DNA of 64,000 nucleotides from an uncultured bacterium (GCA_965368975.1 CBDUPA010000009.1:32001-96000), one strand, 5' to 3'. Positions 9,822 through 22,568 are shown, counted from the first letter of the stretch. Program-made: numbers and translations. The notes: generated by a model not told the origin, from the sequence alone.

Positions 9822-10424
9822 CTACTGCTTCGTGTAGATCACCTCGATCATCTTGACCTCTGTCCCATCCGGACCAGGACCATACATCTCCATGACCTCG
9901 GTGGTCGGACTGGTCCAGTGGAAGGTCATTCTCGACTTGACCGGACCTTCGGCGATGGGGTCGTTGTAGGTTCCGGTGAACGTACAAGCCATGTCGGCAT
10001 CACAGGTGCCCTCCATCACCATGATTCCGGTGGACATGCTGTCATTCCAGGTGGCCCAGTACTTGCCGCTGACATTGTCATAGCCCGTCATGGCCTGACC
10101 GATGAAGGGCATGCCCATCATCGTGCTCTGGAACGTCTCGAGCATGACCCGACCTTCGAGGATCATGGTGCGCGTGGCGCTTCCCTTCTCCTCCACCGGA
10201 GGGGCGGCGGGATCTGCCCAACTCCTGGACACGGTCGTGTACTCCCCGGCTTGCGATGCGAGCATCTCGTGCTGCTCTCCCGGAACACCAGCCTGCAGAT
10301 AAGCCTGCATCATAGCCACCTCTTCCGGTGTCATCTCCTCGGAGCCACGCTGGCTGAGAACGGGTGTAACAAGCAGCAAGAGTGCGGCAGCAGTCAGCAG
10401 TAGGCGTGAGATTGTGTGGTTCAT
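9822..10424 (-). CDS. Secreted DUF1579-like protein
   Basis: Signal peptide; PGEQHEMLA...GEY and GYDNVSGKYWATWNDSMSTG motifs. Confidence 0.8.
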   Translation of the reverse strand: MNHTISRLLLTAAALLLLVTPVLSQRGSEEMTPEEVAMMQAYLQAGVPGEQHEMLASQAGEYTTVSRSWADPAAPPVEEKGSATRTMILEGRVMLETFQSTMMGMPFIGQAMTGYDNVSGKYWATWNDSMSTGIMVMEGTCDADMACTFTGTYNDPIAEGPVKSRMTFHWTSPTTEVMEMYGPGPDGTEVKMIEVIYTKQ

Positions 10425-10495
10425 ATCTCCTCCTCGTTGGGTCGATGGATTGTTGGAAACGGAAACCTGCAGAGGTTATACCGTTCTCCCGGCAG

Positions 10496-11941
10496 TCAGC
10501 CATCCGGCGGTTCGTCTCTCGCCTCGTCTGGTTTCCTCGGCGCCCCTTCTGGTTCCTGAGGCAGCTCTTCTTCCGGAGGGAAGCGCTTCATCATCCACAA
10601 CAGCAACGCCAACCCCGGCACCGCCGCGATCGTGGTGACCAGAAAGTAGTTCACCCAGTTCATGTGGTCCGCCAACACGCCGCCAGCCGACGCGAAGAAC
10701 GTGCGCGCGAAGGCGGAGAAAGAGGACAGTAGGGCGTACTGCGTAGCGGTGTAGGCAACGTCGCACAGGGACGAGAGGTAGGCCACGAAGATCGCCGTCG
10801 CCAGTCCACCCGACAGATTCTCGACGCTGATCGTCACCGTGAGCATGGGCACCGAATAGCCGATCCACGCCTGCAAGCAGTAGATCAGGTTGGAAACCGC
10901 CTGGAGAATGCCCGCGATCAGCAGGCTGCGCATGATGCCGATCCGGGCCACCAGGGCACCTCCAGCGAAGGCGCCGGTGAGCGTCATCGCCAGACCATAG
11001 GACTTCGAAATGACGGCGATCTCGGCCTTGGAGAAGCCAATCTCGAGGTAGAAGGGATTGGCCATCACCCCGAGCAGGGCGTCGCCGTACTTGTAGAAGG
11101 CGACGAAGAGCAGGATCACCAGCCACGCCGGTCGGGTCATGAACTCGCGGAAGGGCGCGATCACCGTGCCGTAGAGCCAGCTGCCGGCCCGCCCCAGCGA
11201 CCTCGGAAGGTTCGGGTAGCGCTGTAGGAAGAGCGCGACCTGCTCCTCGCTTTCCTGGTCTCGACGTTGGACCTCGTCGGACTCGTCCGGCTCTGGCGTC
11301 AGCAGCACCGTCACCATGCCGAACGCCATCACCACGGCCATCGCCACGAAGGCCCAGAACCAGCCGAAGAACTGCGCCACAAGCAGCGCGCCGGCACCCG
11401 CGATCAGCATACCGGTGCGATAGCCGGCAACGATGTTGGCGGCTCCCGCCCCCAGCTGCGACTCTTCCAGGATCTCAGTGCGGTAGGCGTCGATGACGAT
11501 GTCCTGGGTCGCCGAGGCGAAGGCCAGGATCACCGCCCAGAGCGCGGTCTGGAAGATGCTCTCGCTGGGATCCGTGCTGCCCAGGCCCAGAATCGCGCCG
11601 ATCACCAGCAGCTGCGAGAAGATCATCCAGCTGCGGCGTCGGCCGAGCAGCCGCGTCAGGATGGGCAGCGGAACGCGGTCGACCAGGGGTGACCACAGGT
11701 ACTTGAAGCCGTACGCCGTGCTCGCCCAGCTGAAGAGCCCGATCGCTGTCTTGCTGACCCCCTCCTCGGTCAGCCAAGCCGATAGCGTCCAGTAGACGAG
11801 CGGCAGTGGCAGACCACTGACGATTCCCAAGAAGAAGATCGACAGCACGCGCGGGTGCAGATATACCGCGACGCTGCGCACCCAGGCGTAGCGTCGCCAA
11901 GACTTGGGAAGCCAGTCGGGATCGATCAGCTTAGAACTCAC
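10496..11941 (-). CDS. ampG: AmpG muropeptide permease (MFS)
   Basis: FKYLWSPLVD, GRRRSW, SATQDIVIDAYR, ATQYALLSS motifs. Confidence 0.93.
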   Translation of the reverse strand: MSSKLIDPDWLPKSWRRYAWVRSVAVYLHPRVLSIFFLGIVSGLPLPLVYWTLSAWLTEEGVSKTAIGLFSWASTAYGFKYLWSPLVDRVPLPILTRLLGRRRSWMIFSQLLVIGAILGLGSTDPSESIFQTALWAVILAFASATQDIVIDAYRTEILEESQLGAGAANIVAGYRTGMLIAGAGALLVAQFFGWFWAFVAMAVVMAFGMVTVLLTPEPDESDEVQRRDQESEEQVALFLQRYPNLPRSLGRAGSWLYGTVIAPFREFMTRPAWLVILLFVAFYKYGDALLGVMANPFYLEIGFSKAEIAVISKSYGLAMTLTGAFAGGALVARIGIMRSLLIAGILQAVSNLIYCLQAWIGYSVPMLTVTISVENLSGGLATAIFVAYLSSLCDVAYTATQYALLSSFSAFARTFFASAGGVLADHMNWVNYFLVTTIAAVPGLALLLWMMKRFPPEEELPQEPEGAPRKPDEARDEPPDG

Positions 11942-11955
11942 TGGCTCTCAACGGC

Positions 11956-14823
11956 TTATGCATGCCACATCACCTCAAGGTGCTGCAAGTCTTCCACTCC
12001 CAGGTGGATGGCGAGATCTCGGAAAAGCGACATAACATTATTGAAGCGCTTTTTATATCTATCCATCTCTGCTTCCATGCACAGTTCTGGAATGTTAAAA
12101 GAGTTCATCTCGAGATTTCGCAATGCCGCCTTCAGAAACTGCTCCTCCTCCAAGAACCACTCCAGAGTTGAGGTGCCCGAACTGGCATGTTTTCTGGCAG
12201 CACCAACTACATACTCGACGCTAGTAACCAACACACGCAACATGGTGTCGACCTCGGAATAGGTCGGCAGACGTCTCCTGAGAAGTGCCTTGAGCGAAGC
12301 CTTTGTATGGATGAATCTCTTAATGTAAGCCGCCGTTATCTGCTGCTTATCCAGATTCTGAACAAACCCCTTGAGGCCGGGTATGCCACCTCCCAACTTG
12401 GAGACCAGGGAGACTATATCTTCCTTCGGCAACTCACCACTTAGCTGGGGACGAAGGTCGTCCTGCCGTGCATCTTCCGACCACGCGGAGATGATGCTCT
12501 CGATTTGCTCCTTGATTTCCGGAGCTAAAGACTCGCTAAAGTGCAGAGCAGTCATTGCAGTTGTAGCGCGAGTAATCGCAGGGGCATACAGCACCAGGTA
12601 ACCGGTGCCACCATAAGCCATTCGGTACCGTCGCTCCCACAACTCGACTTTTGTAACAAGCTGACTCACAAGCAAATTGAGGTATGTCTTATATTCCGGA
12701 CTCACCTTCTTCAGACCCAAGACGATCTCTGTACTATTGAATGCCGTAGCAAGTGTTTCATACAGGATTCGTAATGTAATCATCTCCGTCTGATTAAGCT
12801 GTCTCGATATATCAGGTATCGCATTAAGGCTACTCCGATAGAAACCTATTTGTTTCCACTCAGTTTCACCCAACAGATCCAGAAGACGAAGATACTCCTC
12901 TAGCTTCGTCTGAAAAGTCAGCGAACGATCATTAACGGGTCTCTCTGCCAGCTCAATCGCGCAGTACCACACATATTCAAAATTACCCAGAACTCGACGA
13001 AAGTACTCATGCCCATGCTCGGAAAGCACAACATCCTGTCGCAAATCTCTTTTCTTCGCCCGAAGAGAACTGTTAGTGCTAAACCAGAGAAGTAACCTGA
13101 ATTTATTATGCAAGGAATTCAGGTTATCCAAAACAGCCTCAAGAGGAATTCCCGTCCGGGCCAGACGAGAGGCGACTTCGCTTACTACCATGCGCGGCTT
13201 GGCATTGAGCAAAGCTAGTATCCGAAGCTTCGAAAGCGTCGGATAGTTGGGGTGGGATCTAGCACGGGCGGGCAAGAAGAGATTTGAGACCCGCGGAATG
13301 GCTATCGGATGACGGCTCTCAGCCAACAACGTATAGACCAACTGCCCATACGGTACAGGAACACTCCGGGAGATTCCTTTCAAGTCGGTCCGACCGACAG
13401 CAGAACTCAAAATTATGGGCCTAATATAGAAATTCTGAAAAAATCGCTGCAGTTGATTGAGTGCATAACGGCAACACCTCCCCACTAAAGCATCCAGAGT
13501 ACCTGCAAGCTCCCTCAAAGCCTGCGAGGGAATCTGCAACAGGAACAAATAGTGGTGGTCGGCGTGGACCCGCTCCTTTAACTTTACAACAGGGTCTCCA
13601 CCTTTATCCTCACCCACAACCAAGATTAGTGCATAAAAGTAAGAACAAACCACAAAGGCCTTCACCTCCTCGTCAGTGGGTTCTTCGCCTGCTTGCCATG
13701 GACTGGGATAACTCTGTCCAGACTTGAGATCCTCTACAGACCTCCCAAGAACATACTTGATTAATCTATGCAAGACCATTGTGAAATTATTGGGCCCGTG
13801 ATGATACCGAAAGATCAGCTGCCGCTTATAGCTTCGATTCGCTATCGAACTCGGGCGTAAGGGTACCAAGATTGAAATCTTTGGGATCTCTGATGCTGCA
13901 TCTAACAATTCGTCTAGTATCGCCTCTATATGTGCCGTTGGCAGCTGGTCAAGATTGTCAATTATTAATATATTGAGCGGGTTCTCCGTAGAGCATCTCT
14001 GGACATAGAACTCCAGTAGAAGCCGCATGAAATCTCGGCTCTTCTCTGAATCTTCCGTGAGATCTTGAATCAGATCATCAAGGTCCGGCGCCGCCTCTCT
14101 GTAGGTGTCAATTAATTTCTTCACGACATCAAGGGTTGGCTCGAGTTCTAGTAGCGTGCCACCCATGGTTAGGGATCTTGTGACAAGCCCAACATGATTG
14201 GGATGCAAAGGCTCCTTCCAGCCAACGATGTCATTGACAATCAGCAACCTCCTCAGAACCGTGTATTCATCGTCCAAGAAGAGAACCTGTTGCGGCGTGA
14301 GTTCAGTTGGCGCCAACCACTCTTCTAGAAGCCGTGTATAGAGCGCGAACCGGATCTCCTTCATTGCACGACGGACAGCCCCCTTCTTCTTGCGGACATT
14401 ACCAGTCTTGAGAAAATCGATAATTAGGGGGCGCCGGGGACAAGCGATCCTGCCGCACGGGCAGTTGCTGGATCCAGCCAACTCAGCCAACTGCCGGGAG
14501 ACGTAGTTGACTGTCGTACTCTTCCCGGCTCCAAGGCCACCTACCAATATCAACAAATTGAAGTTTGGGCGGGTGTGAAGCCTCTGGACTAACTCGCTTT
14601 CATAGTTCACTCGTGGACTTCTTCCGGAGGTATCAGCTTCGATCACAATCGCTGGACCGTCACTATCGACCCCTGGATAAAGATTAATCCTCTCAGACCC
14701 GGGTATATAGTCTTCTCTGTCTAATAACTGCTCCGCTCCAATTACCTCTCTCAAGAAACCTATAATTCTTCCAAGAAAGACCTCATACTGGCCTTTTGCA
14801 AGCTGCGTCTCTACTTCTAGCAT
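11956..14823 (-). CDS. Hypothetical 955-aa P-loop NTPase (STAND-like) with probable winged-helix domain; low GC
   Basis: Walker A LILVGGLGAGKST; Walker B ILIIDNLDQ; ILVPLR sensor-like strand; visibly AT-richer than its flanks. Confidence 0.7.
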   Translation of the reverse strand: MLEVETQLAKGQYEVFLGRIIGFLREVIGAEQLLDREDYIPGSERINLYPGVDSDGPAIVIEADTSGRSPRVNYESELVQRLHTRPNFNLLILVGGLGAGKSTTVNYVSRQLAELAGSSNCPCGRIACPRRPLIIDFLKTGNVRKKKGAVRRAMKEIRFALYTRLLEEWLAPTELTPQQVLFLDDEYTVLRRLLIVNDIVGWKEPLHPNHVGLVTRSLTMGGTLLELEPTLDVVKKLIDTYREAAPDLDDLIQDLTEDSEKSRDFMRLLLEFYVQRCSTENPLNILIIDNLDQLPTAHIEAILDELLDAASEIPKISILVPLRPSSIANRSYKRQLIFRYHHGPNNFTMVLHRLIKYVLGRSVEDLKSGQSYPSPWQAGEEPTDEEVKAFVVCSYFYALILVVGEDKGGDPVVKLKERVHADHHYLFLLQIPSQALRELAGTLDALVGRCCRYALNQLQRFFQNFYIRPIILSSAVGRTDLKGISRSVPVPYGQLVYTLLAESRHPIAIPRVSNLFLPARARSHPNYPTLSKLRILALLNAKPRMVVSEVASRLARTGIPLEAVLDNLNSLHNKFRLLLWFSTNSSLRAKKRDLRQDVVLSEHGHEYFRRVLGNFEYVWYCAIELAERPVNDRSLTFQTKLEEYLRLLDLLGETEWKQIGFYRSSLNAIPDISRQLNQTEMITLRILYETLATAFNSTEIVLGLKKVSPEYKTYLNLLVSQLVTKVELWERRYRMAYGGTGYLVLYAPAITRATTAMTALHFSESLAPEIKEQIESIISAWSEDARQDDLRPQLSGELPKEDIVSLVSKLGGGIPGLKGFVQNLDKQQITAAYIKRFIHTKASLKALLRRRLPTYSEVDTMLRVLVTSVEYVVGAARKHASSGTSTLEWFLEEEQFLKAALRNLEMNSFNIPELCMEAEMDRYKKRFNNVMSLFRDLAIHLGVEDLQHLEVMWHA

Positions 14824-14956
14824 GATTCATCTCCAGGGTTTTCCAATAAATTGCCTTCGCTCTCTTGCGAGAGCTTCTGCAAGACTTCCTTCGCTCGGCG
14901 CTTCTATCTTTGTGCTCACGTCTCATCAAGGGATCAGTCTGGCAGAGAGCTAATTG

Positions 14957-16687
14957 TTAGCGGCCAGAGGCCTGCGGGTAGATCGGCTTCAGGTCGACGG
15001 GCACATCCCGCAGACGCTCGATCGCCGCCACAAGTTCAGGACTCGGACGACCGTAGCGCTCCAAGAAGTCCTTGGTGGCCGCGTAGTCGCCGGTGGCTTG
15101 CAGCATGACGAGACGGTGCAGCAGGTCGCGGATGGCGCCTGGGAAGGCGCCGCTGACGGTGGCGAAGCGACCCTCTTCGTCGACGGTGAGAGCGCCCTTT
15201 TCGAGCAGGTAGTTGAATTGCGCCACGACGCCTTGACCGTGGGCTTCGTCGTAGCCGAAGCGCGCGGAACGGAAGAGGCCAGCGACGTAGGTGGGCTCGA
15301 CGTAAGGGGCGAGATCTTCCGACATGTCACCGGTGCCGATGAGAGAAAGGATGTTGTAGATACCCATGACGTCGGCCTTGGCCTCTTCCATCACCGAGTA
15401 GAACTCCTTGAGTTCGAGACGGACCTCGGTCTCGCGACCGTCGACTTCGATCAAGCCGGGGCCGAGTCCGTGGGAGAGCTCGTGGTGCAGAACCTGGTTG
15501 AAGAAGGCCTCGAAGCTGACGTTGGCGGCATCCTCCGCACTGAGGGTGCGCTGCGCGATGGGCATGAGCATCTGGTCGTACTTGGCACGGATGACGTTGC
15601 GTAGCAGAACCTTCTTCGAGCCCTTGGCCTCGCGTACACGTTCGTCGTTGGGCAAGTTGTAGGCTAGCGCCTGGACGCCGGGACGGGCATCACCGTGGGC
15701 GTAGACGACATCGACGACGCGCAGCGGGCTCTCGGAACCGCGGTCGAGATTCTTGTGCTGCTCGGGGATCGGCAGGTTTTGTTCCAGCCAGGGCAAGCGA
15801 GCCTTGTAGGCGTCGAGCTTGGCGGACTCTCCAGGCAGCGCAACGGTGACGTAGGAAGTGAAGGCAGCCTTGAAGTTGAAGAGTTCGTCTTCGTAGACTT
15901 CGTAGGGTCCGATGGTCACCTCGACGAGGCCGTCGAGATCCATCCAAGCCAGGTCGCTCTCGTAGTAGTCGTCACTCAGGAAGGCGTCGGCGCGCAGTTC
16001 GAGGAAGCGCCGTAGCGTCGGATCGTCGGTCTGGCTGGCGGCTTGGCGCAGCAGCTCGGCCGCCGGCTGCAACCACTCGGCGTATTCCTCCGAATACGGG
16101 ACGGCACGCAGACCTCCGTCCTCGGTGCGTCGAACAACGCTGTTCAGGCTCTCGAAACCGGCGCGCTGGTCTGGATGCTCGGTGAGCCAAGCCTCGAACT
16201 CTTCCGCGGTCAGGTCTTCCGGATAGAAGCCCGCACCGGGCGGGTGCTCTTCACTACCGATAAACGGTTCGCGCTCGGCTTGCCGATCCCAGGGCCCCAT
16301 CATGATCTCGAAGTAAGAACGCGCGGCCTCGGGTCCGGGACCGCTCCAGCTCTGCAGACGTTCCCGCATCTCTGGATTGCCGCGCCAGGCCTGGCGCCAG
16401 AAGATCTCGGCCATCAGGTCACTGGCTTGCACCAGGGTAGCGACGACGGCACGATCGGACTCGGAGAGCGGCGACATGTCGGCCTGGATCTCGGTCGGGG
16501 CGAACTGCTCGACCCGCTGCTGCACGTCGTCGGCGTACGGCAAATCGGCGACTGCTGCAGCCACTTCGGGCTCGGAGGTCGCATCTTCACCGGAAGGACC
16601 GCAAGCCCCCGGGAGTACCAGGACGAGGGCCAGAGACAGGAATATCCAGCTAGAGGCGGAAGATCGGGGGTTGTGCTGTCGAAGCAT
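14957..16687 (-). CDS. Peptidase M49 (dipeptidyl-peptidase III-like) Zn hydrolase, probable lipoprotein
   Basis: HHELSHGLG, EEAKAD, TIGPYEVYED, AYNLPNDERV motifs; LPGAC lipobox-like; start at MLRQH is inferred. Confidence 0.85.
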   Translation of the reverse strand: MLRQHNPRSSASSWIFLSLALVLVLPGACGPSGEDATSEPEVAAAVADLPYADDVQQRVEQFAPTEIQADMSPLSESDRAVVATLVQASDLMAEIFWRQAWRGNPEMRERLQSWSGPGPEAARSYFEIMMGPWDRQAEREPFIGSEEHPPGAGFYPEDLTAEEFEAWLTEHPDQRAGFESLNSVVRRTEDGGLRAVPYSEEYAEWLQPAAELLRQAASQTDDPTLRRFLELRADAFLSDDYYESDLAWMDLDGLVEVTIGPYEVYEDELFNFKAAFTSYVTVALPGESAKLDAYKARLPWLEQNLPIPEQHKNLDRGSESPLRVVDVVYAHGDARPGVQALAYNLPNDERVREAKGSKKVLLRNVIRAKYDQMLMPIAQRTLSAEDAANVSFEAFFNQVLHHELSHGLGPGLIEVDGRETEVRLELKEFYSVMEEAKADVMGIYNILSLIGTGDMSEDLAPYVEPTYVAGLFRSARFGYDEAHGQGVVAQFNYLLEKGALTVDEEGRFATVSGAFPGAIRDLLHRLVMLQATGDYAATKDFLERYGRPSPELVAAIERLRDVPVDLKPIYPQASGR

Positions 16688-16803
16688 GGGATCGGCACTC
16701 CTTTCAGGCGGGTTCGGGAACCTCGGCCGTGAGCTTGTGGGCCGCGAGCTTGCGGGCCGCGTAGTCTTGAGTCTTGCAGTAGGTAGGGCGAAATTGTAGC
16801 GCG

Positions 16804-17481
16804 TCACGGGTCCCGCAGCAGCGCCCGGGCGGCCAGTTGCAGCAATTCCTCACCGGCCAGAATCTGGTCTTGCTCGCTGGCGATCTGGAAGCGGACCTCC
16901 AGCTCGAGACTCCAGCCGCGGTCGTCGAGCTGCAGGCGCAGTTCGGCGGTCAGATCCTCGGGCCGGTAGCTCCAGGACTCGATCAGGATATGGTCGACGC
17001 CAACGTCGCGGCCTCGGTCTCGGCCGGATTCGAGGGACGGCGACGCGCGGTATTGCTGGCTGAGCACGCTGGGCGGACCGAGCAAGATGTGCGCTCGGCC
17101 GCGGGCGGTCAGGCTGCCCCGCAGGTCGCCGGCACCGAACAACATGTCGGCTTCCTGGACACGCAGCAGGAAGCGGTCCAGATGTGGATTGCCAGCGACT
17201 TCGGGCGCCGGGTCGCGGCGGCGCCAGAACTCTTCGATGAACTGGGCGATCTCGCCCCCACTGCGCAGGCGACGGTACTCGCGCTGTTCGGAGGCCAGCA
17301 TGAGCCAACGTACGGGCCCTTCACCCCAGGTGGCGGCACGGCCTGGCGACTGGACACCGCGTGTCTGGGCACCCGCAGGCATCACGAAGGCCAGGAACAG
17401 AAGCAAGAGAATCGACAGAGGAAACTCTCGACTCTTGGGGCCCTGGAGGGTCCCCCGCAATGGACCCTGAAATTCACTCAT
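16804..17481 (-). CDS. GWxTD-domain protein
   Basis: WGEGPVRWLM..EQREY..FIEEFWRRRDP..N...GSLTARGRAHILLGPP pattern; start uncertain. Confidence 0.75.
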   Translation of the reverse strand: MSEFQGPLRGTLQGPKSREFPLSILLLLFLAFVMPAGAQTRGVQSPGRAATWGEGPVRWLMLASEQREYRRLRSGGEIAQFIEEFWRRRDPAPEVAGNPHLDRFLLRVQEADMLFGAGDLRGSLTARGRAHILLGPPSVLSQQYRASPSLESGRDRGRDVGVDHILIESWSYRPEDLTAELRLQLDDRGWSLELEVRFQIASEQDQILAGEELLQLAARALLRDP

Positions 17482-17603
17482 CTCGGCATCCGAGGTCTGC
17501 CCTCCTGGCGACACGAGTGGCGAACGCACCGCACAGGTGCAGCGCAGTGGATCGGGGCACACAGAAGGGAAATCGTGGACACGCAAGCTGGATTCAGCTC
17601 TCC

Positions 17604-17894
17604 TCAGTTGACACCGTCCGGGGCCATCGGATCGATGGCTTCCTGAATCTTGCCGTGCTGCTGCTCGTAGCGCTGCAGGTTTTGACTGAGCGCGTTGATG
17701 ATGCGCTTGAGGTGCCCGGGGCTGGTGACCACACGGGCGGTGACGGCACCCTGCGGCGGCACCAGGTTGATGAAGTCGAGAATGAATTCTTCGCGCGTGT
17801 GGGTGATGCGCAGCAAATTGGCGTAGCGACCCTTGAGTTCGTCGTCGTCGATCTTGATGTTGATGTTGCGAGAGCTGGACGGATCGGGGGTCAT
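17604..17894 (-). CDS. DUF3467-family protein
   Basis: GRYAN...EEFILDF...ARVVTSPGHLKR...NLQRYEQQHGKI pattern. Confidence 0.85.
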   Translation of the reverse strand: MTPDPSSSRNINIKIDDDELKGRYANLLRITHTREEFILDFINLVPPQGAVTARVVTSPGHLKRIINALSQNLQRYEQQHGKIQEAIDPMAPDGVN

Positions 17895-18005
17895 GAAGGC
17901 TCCTTGAATCGACTATGCGCCGACGCTACCTGTAGTTTCGTTCAGTTTGGTTCGGTTCCAGACGGCCGGTTGCACCGGTCCGTTGGATGATCGCGAGTGT
18001 CGCGG

Positions 18006-20015
<2,010 letters not shown>

Positions 20016-20070
20016 CGCTTCTGTGTCGTTCCGGTGGATCGTCTGGTGATGTCGTTCCGTGGATTGCGCT

Positions 20071-21267
20071 TCAGTCGTAGCGGAGCTTGCGCGCACCGAG
20101 CAAGGTGCTCGCGAACCCGAAGCCCAACAGTACCAGGGAAGGCAGCCAGACGGCCTCCCAACCTCGGCCGAACGAGATCAGCGCGTGAAACGCGTTCATG
20201 GCCCAGGCGGTCGGGAAAGCGAAGGCAGCTGTCTGTAGCCACTGGGGCATGATCTCCGACGGCCACCAGCAACCACCCAGAGAACCGAGGATCATGCTCA
20301 GGATCCAGCCGACGCTCGACGCCTGCTCGGCCGTCGAAACCGTCGCGCCAAGGAGCAGCGACAGCCCCGCCACGGCGAGCGCATAGGAGAACAGCACTGT
20401 GACCAACGCTCCGGGATGACTACCCCAGCTGACGCCGAACAGCACGCTTCCGACGACCAGCAGCAGCACGATCTGCGCCGCCGCGATCAGCAGGCGGCCA
20501 CCGAGCTTGCCGAGCAACAGTTCCGACGGACGCAACGGTAGGGTCGCCTGGCGCTTGAGCATGCCCTGCTGGCGCTCTTTGGTGAGGAAGATGGCCCCGT
20601 AGATCAGCGTCATCATCAGCACAATGAACGTCAGCGTCCCCGGGACGCTCTGGGCTGTACCTTGCGGCACGGGCTGGCCGCGACCGGCGTCGGAAGCCTC
20701 GACCACCACCTTGGGCGGGCGCTCGGCCAACAACGAATAGGCTTCCGGTGTCATGCGAGCGTTGACATCTTCGCCTTCGGGTGTCGTCGAGGCCAGCTCT
20801 GCCATGCGTGACACCAGGCGCACCGAGGCACGGAAGATCACGGCTTGGGCCGCCAGCGTAAACGTCGGGTTGGCCTCCGTCTCGGCCTCGAGGCGCAGCG
20901 TCTGTTGCTCACCGGCCAGGGCTCCGGCGGTGAAGCCGGCGGGAATGATCAGCACGCGCGGCGCGGCATCCTCGCCGTCGAGCGCCGGCTGAGACCCGAC
21001 CTCCTCGAGCCGGACGTGCTCGACAGTAAGCTCGTCAACCAACGACCGGGCCAGCCAACCGCCGTCCTGGTCCTCGACTGCCAGCGCGATCTGGGGCTGC
21101 TGCGTGCTGCTCGAACCGGTGTGACCAAACAGCCACATGAAGGCCACCGGCAGCAGCAGCATCCAGATGATCGAAGCGCGGTCCCTGAGGGTCAACCTCA
21201 AGTCCTGCATCGCCATCCTACCGACACGAGAGAGCGACGCCTTCCAGCCACCCGGCCGCCCCATCAT
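20071..21267 (-). CDS. ABC-2 exporter permease
   Basis: TM, large loop, 5 TM; KERQQGMLKR and LGGCWWP motifs. Confidence 0.88.
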   Translation of the reverse strand: MMGRPGGWKASLSRVGRMAMQDLRLTLRDRASIIWMLLLPVAFMWLFGHTGSSSTQQPQIALAVEDQDGGWLARSLVDELTVEHVRLEEVGSQPALDGEDAAPRVLIIPAGFTAGALAGEQQTLRLEAETEANPTFTLAAQAVIFRASVRLVSRMAELASTTPEGEDVNARMTPEAYSLLAERPPKVVVEASDAGRGQPVPQGTAQSVPGTLTFIVLMMTLIYGAIFLTKERQQGMLKRQATLPLRPSELLLGKLGGRLLIAAAQIVLLLVVGSVLFGVSWGSHPGALVTVLFSYALAVAGLSLLLGATVSTAEQASSVGWILSMILGSLGGCWWPSEIMPQWLQTAAFAFPTAWAMNAFHALISFGRGWEAVWLPSLVLLGFGFASTLLGARKLRYD

Positions 21268-22538
21268 ACCGAGACTCCTTGACGGAGATGGCGGTGAAGC
21301 CGCGACGCACCAAGGGTCAGCGACAGCGCGCCAATCAGCGCCAGCACCAGCGCGTTGGGTGCGATATCGAGCATACCGCCGCCGGTGAGCAGCGAGACAT
21401 AACCGTCAGTGCCCCAGTAGAAAGGTGACAGCGGCGATATCTGGCGCAGCAGCGGCGGCAGGCCGTTGAGCGGAATGAAGCTACCGCCAGTGAAGGCCAT
21501 CACCAGGAAGATCACTGAACCGGCAGTACCCGCGCGCCCTTCGTCCGGCGCCAGACCGTAGAGCAAGGCCGCGACGCCGGTCACGCAGAGGATCAAGGTC
21601 GCCGACAGTAGCAGTGCGGCCAGCGGATCGCCCGTGCCCGCTCCCTGGACCCAGGCGATGATGCTGATCACCAGCAGGCAGCCGGTGGCGACCACCGCGG
21701 TGACCGCCACCTTGGAGGCGACGACGGTCGACAGGGTCACGGGACCCGCCAGCTGGCGCTGCAGGGTGCCTTGCTTCAACTCGGTGATCAGGTCGCGCAT
21801 GCACAACTCTCCGATCATGAACAGAGAGAAGACGGTGACTCCGGGCAGGATGAAGAGGAAGATCGAGTCGGTGCCATCACCGCTGTCGCCGTCTTCCTCG
21901 GCATCCGGCGTCGACGCTTCGAGCGTGATCACCGGCGGAAGGATGTAGGGCGAACCGGCCTGGATCAACCGATGGCTGCTCACCGCCACCGCTGCCACCG
22001 CGGCGGCGGTGGGGGCCTCTTCGGTGTCGAGGAAGGGCCGCAGTTCAGTGAGCGGTTCACTCAGGACGTAGGAGCCGGCGCTCAGGATTTCGGCCAACAC
22101 GCTAGTGATCTCCTCGGCGACCCGGGGCAGAATGCTCTGCGCCGGGTTGCGCACTAGCTCCAGAACGAGTGGCAACTCCGTTCGCGCCTCCGGATGGACT
22201 AGCAAAGCGTCGGTCAGCTCCGGCGGCAGCACCAGAAGCGCCGACGCCTCCCCGGCCTCCATGCGTGTCCGGCCGTCCTCGACGCTCACTTCCTCGGCGT
22301 CGAAGTACTGGGCTGCCTCCTCGTTGGCGAAAGCACCCACGAGGAAGTCACCCAGGAAACCTTCGTCCTGGTTGGCAATCAGTAGCTGGACCTTCGGTAC
22401 TCGCTCACCATCTCCCCCGAAAGCCAGGGCGAGCACCCCGGCGTAGATGAGAGGGAAGAGCAAGAGGATCAGGGTGCCCAGGGGACTGCGCCGGCGGCGG
22501 CGCAGATCCTTGCCCAGCATGTTCAGGATGGTGTTCAT
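21264..22538 (-). CDS. ABC-2 exporter permease
   Basis: ELKQGTLQRQL, TGGSFIP, SPFYWG motifs; overlaps the next permease. Confidence 0.88.
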   Translation of the reverse strand: MNTILNMLGKDLRRRRRSPLGTLILLLFPLIYAGVLALAFGGDGERVPKVQLLIANQDEGFLGDFLVGAFANEEAAQYFDAEEVSVEDGRTRMEAGEASALLVLPPELTDALLVHPEARTELPLVLELVRNPAQSILPRVAEEITSVLAEILSAGSYVLSEPLTELRPFLDTEEAPTAAAVAAVAVSSHRLIQAGSPYILPPVITLEASTPDAEEDGDSGDGTDSIFLFILPGVTVFSLFMIGELCMRDLITELKQGTLQRQLAGPVTLSTVVASKVAVTAVVATGCLLVISIIAWVQGAGTGDPLAALLLSATLILCVTGVAALLYGLAPDEGRAGTAGSVIFLVMAFTGGSFIPLNGLPPLLRQISPLSPFYWGTDGYVSLLTGGGMLDIAPNALVLALIGALSLTLGASRLHRHLRQGVSV

Positions 22539-22568
22539 CTCAGGGCCCGCCGCCTCAGTCGCTCTCGC

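Noticed and set aside
4215-14956. Integrative element or prophage inserted at tRNA-Glu
   Set aside because: No integrase, no phage genes, and I found no duplicate of the tRNA 3' end; abgT and ampG are ordinary chromosomal genes
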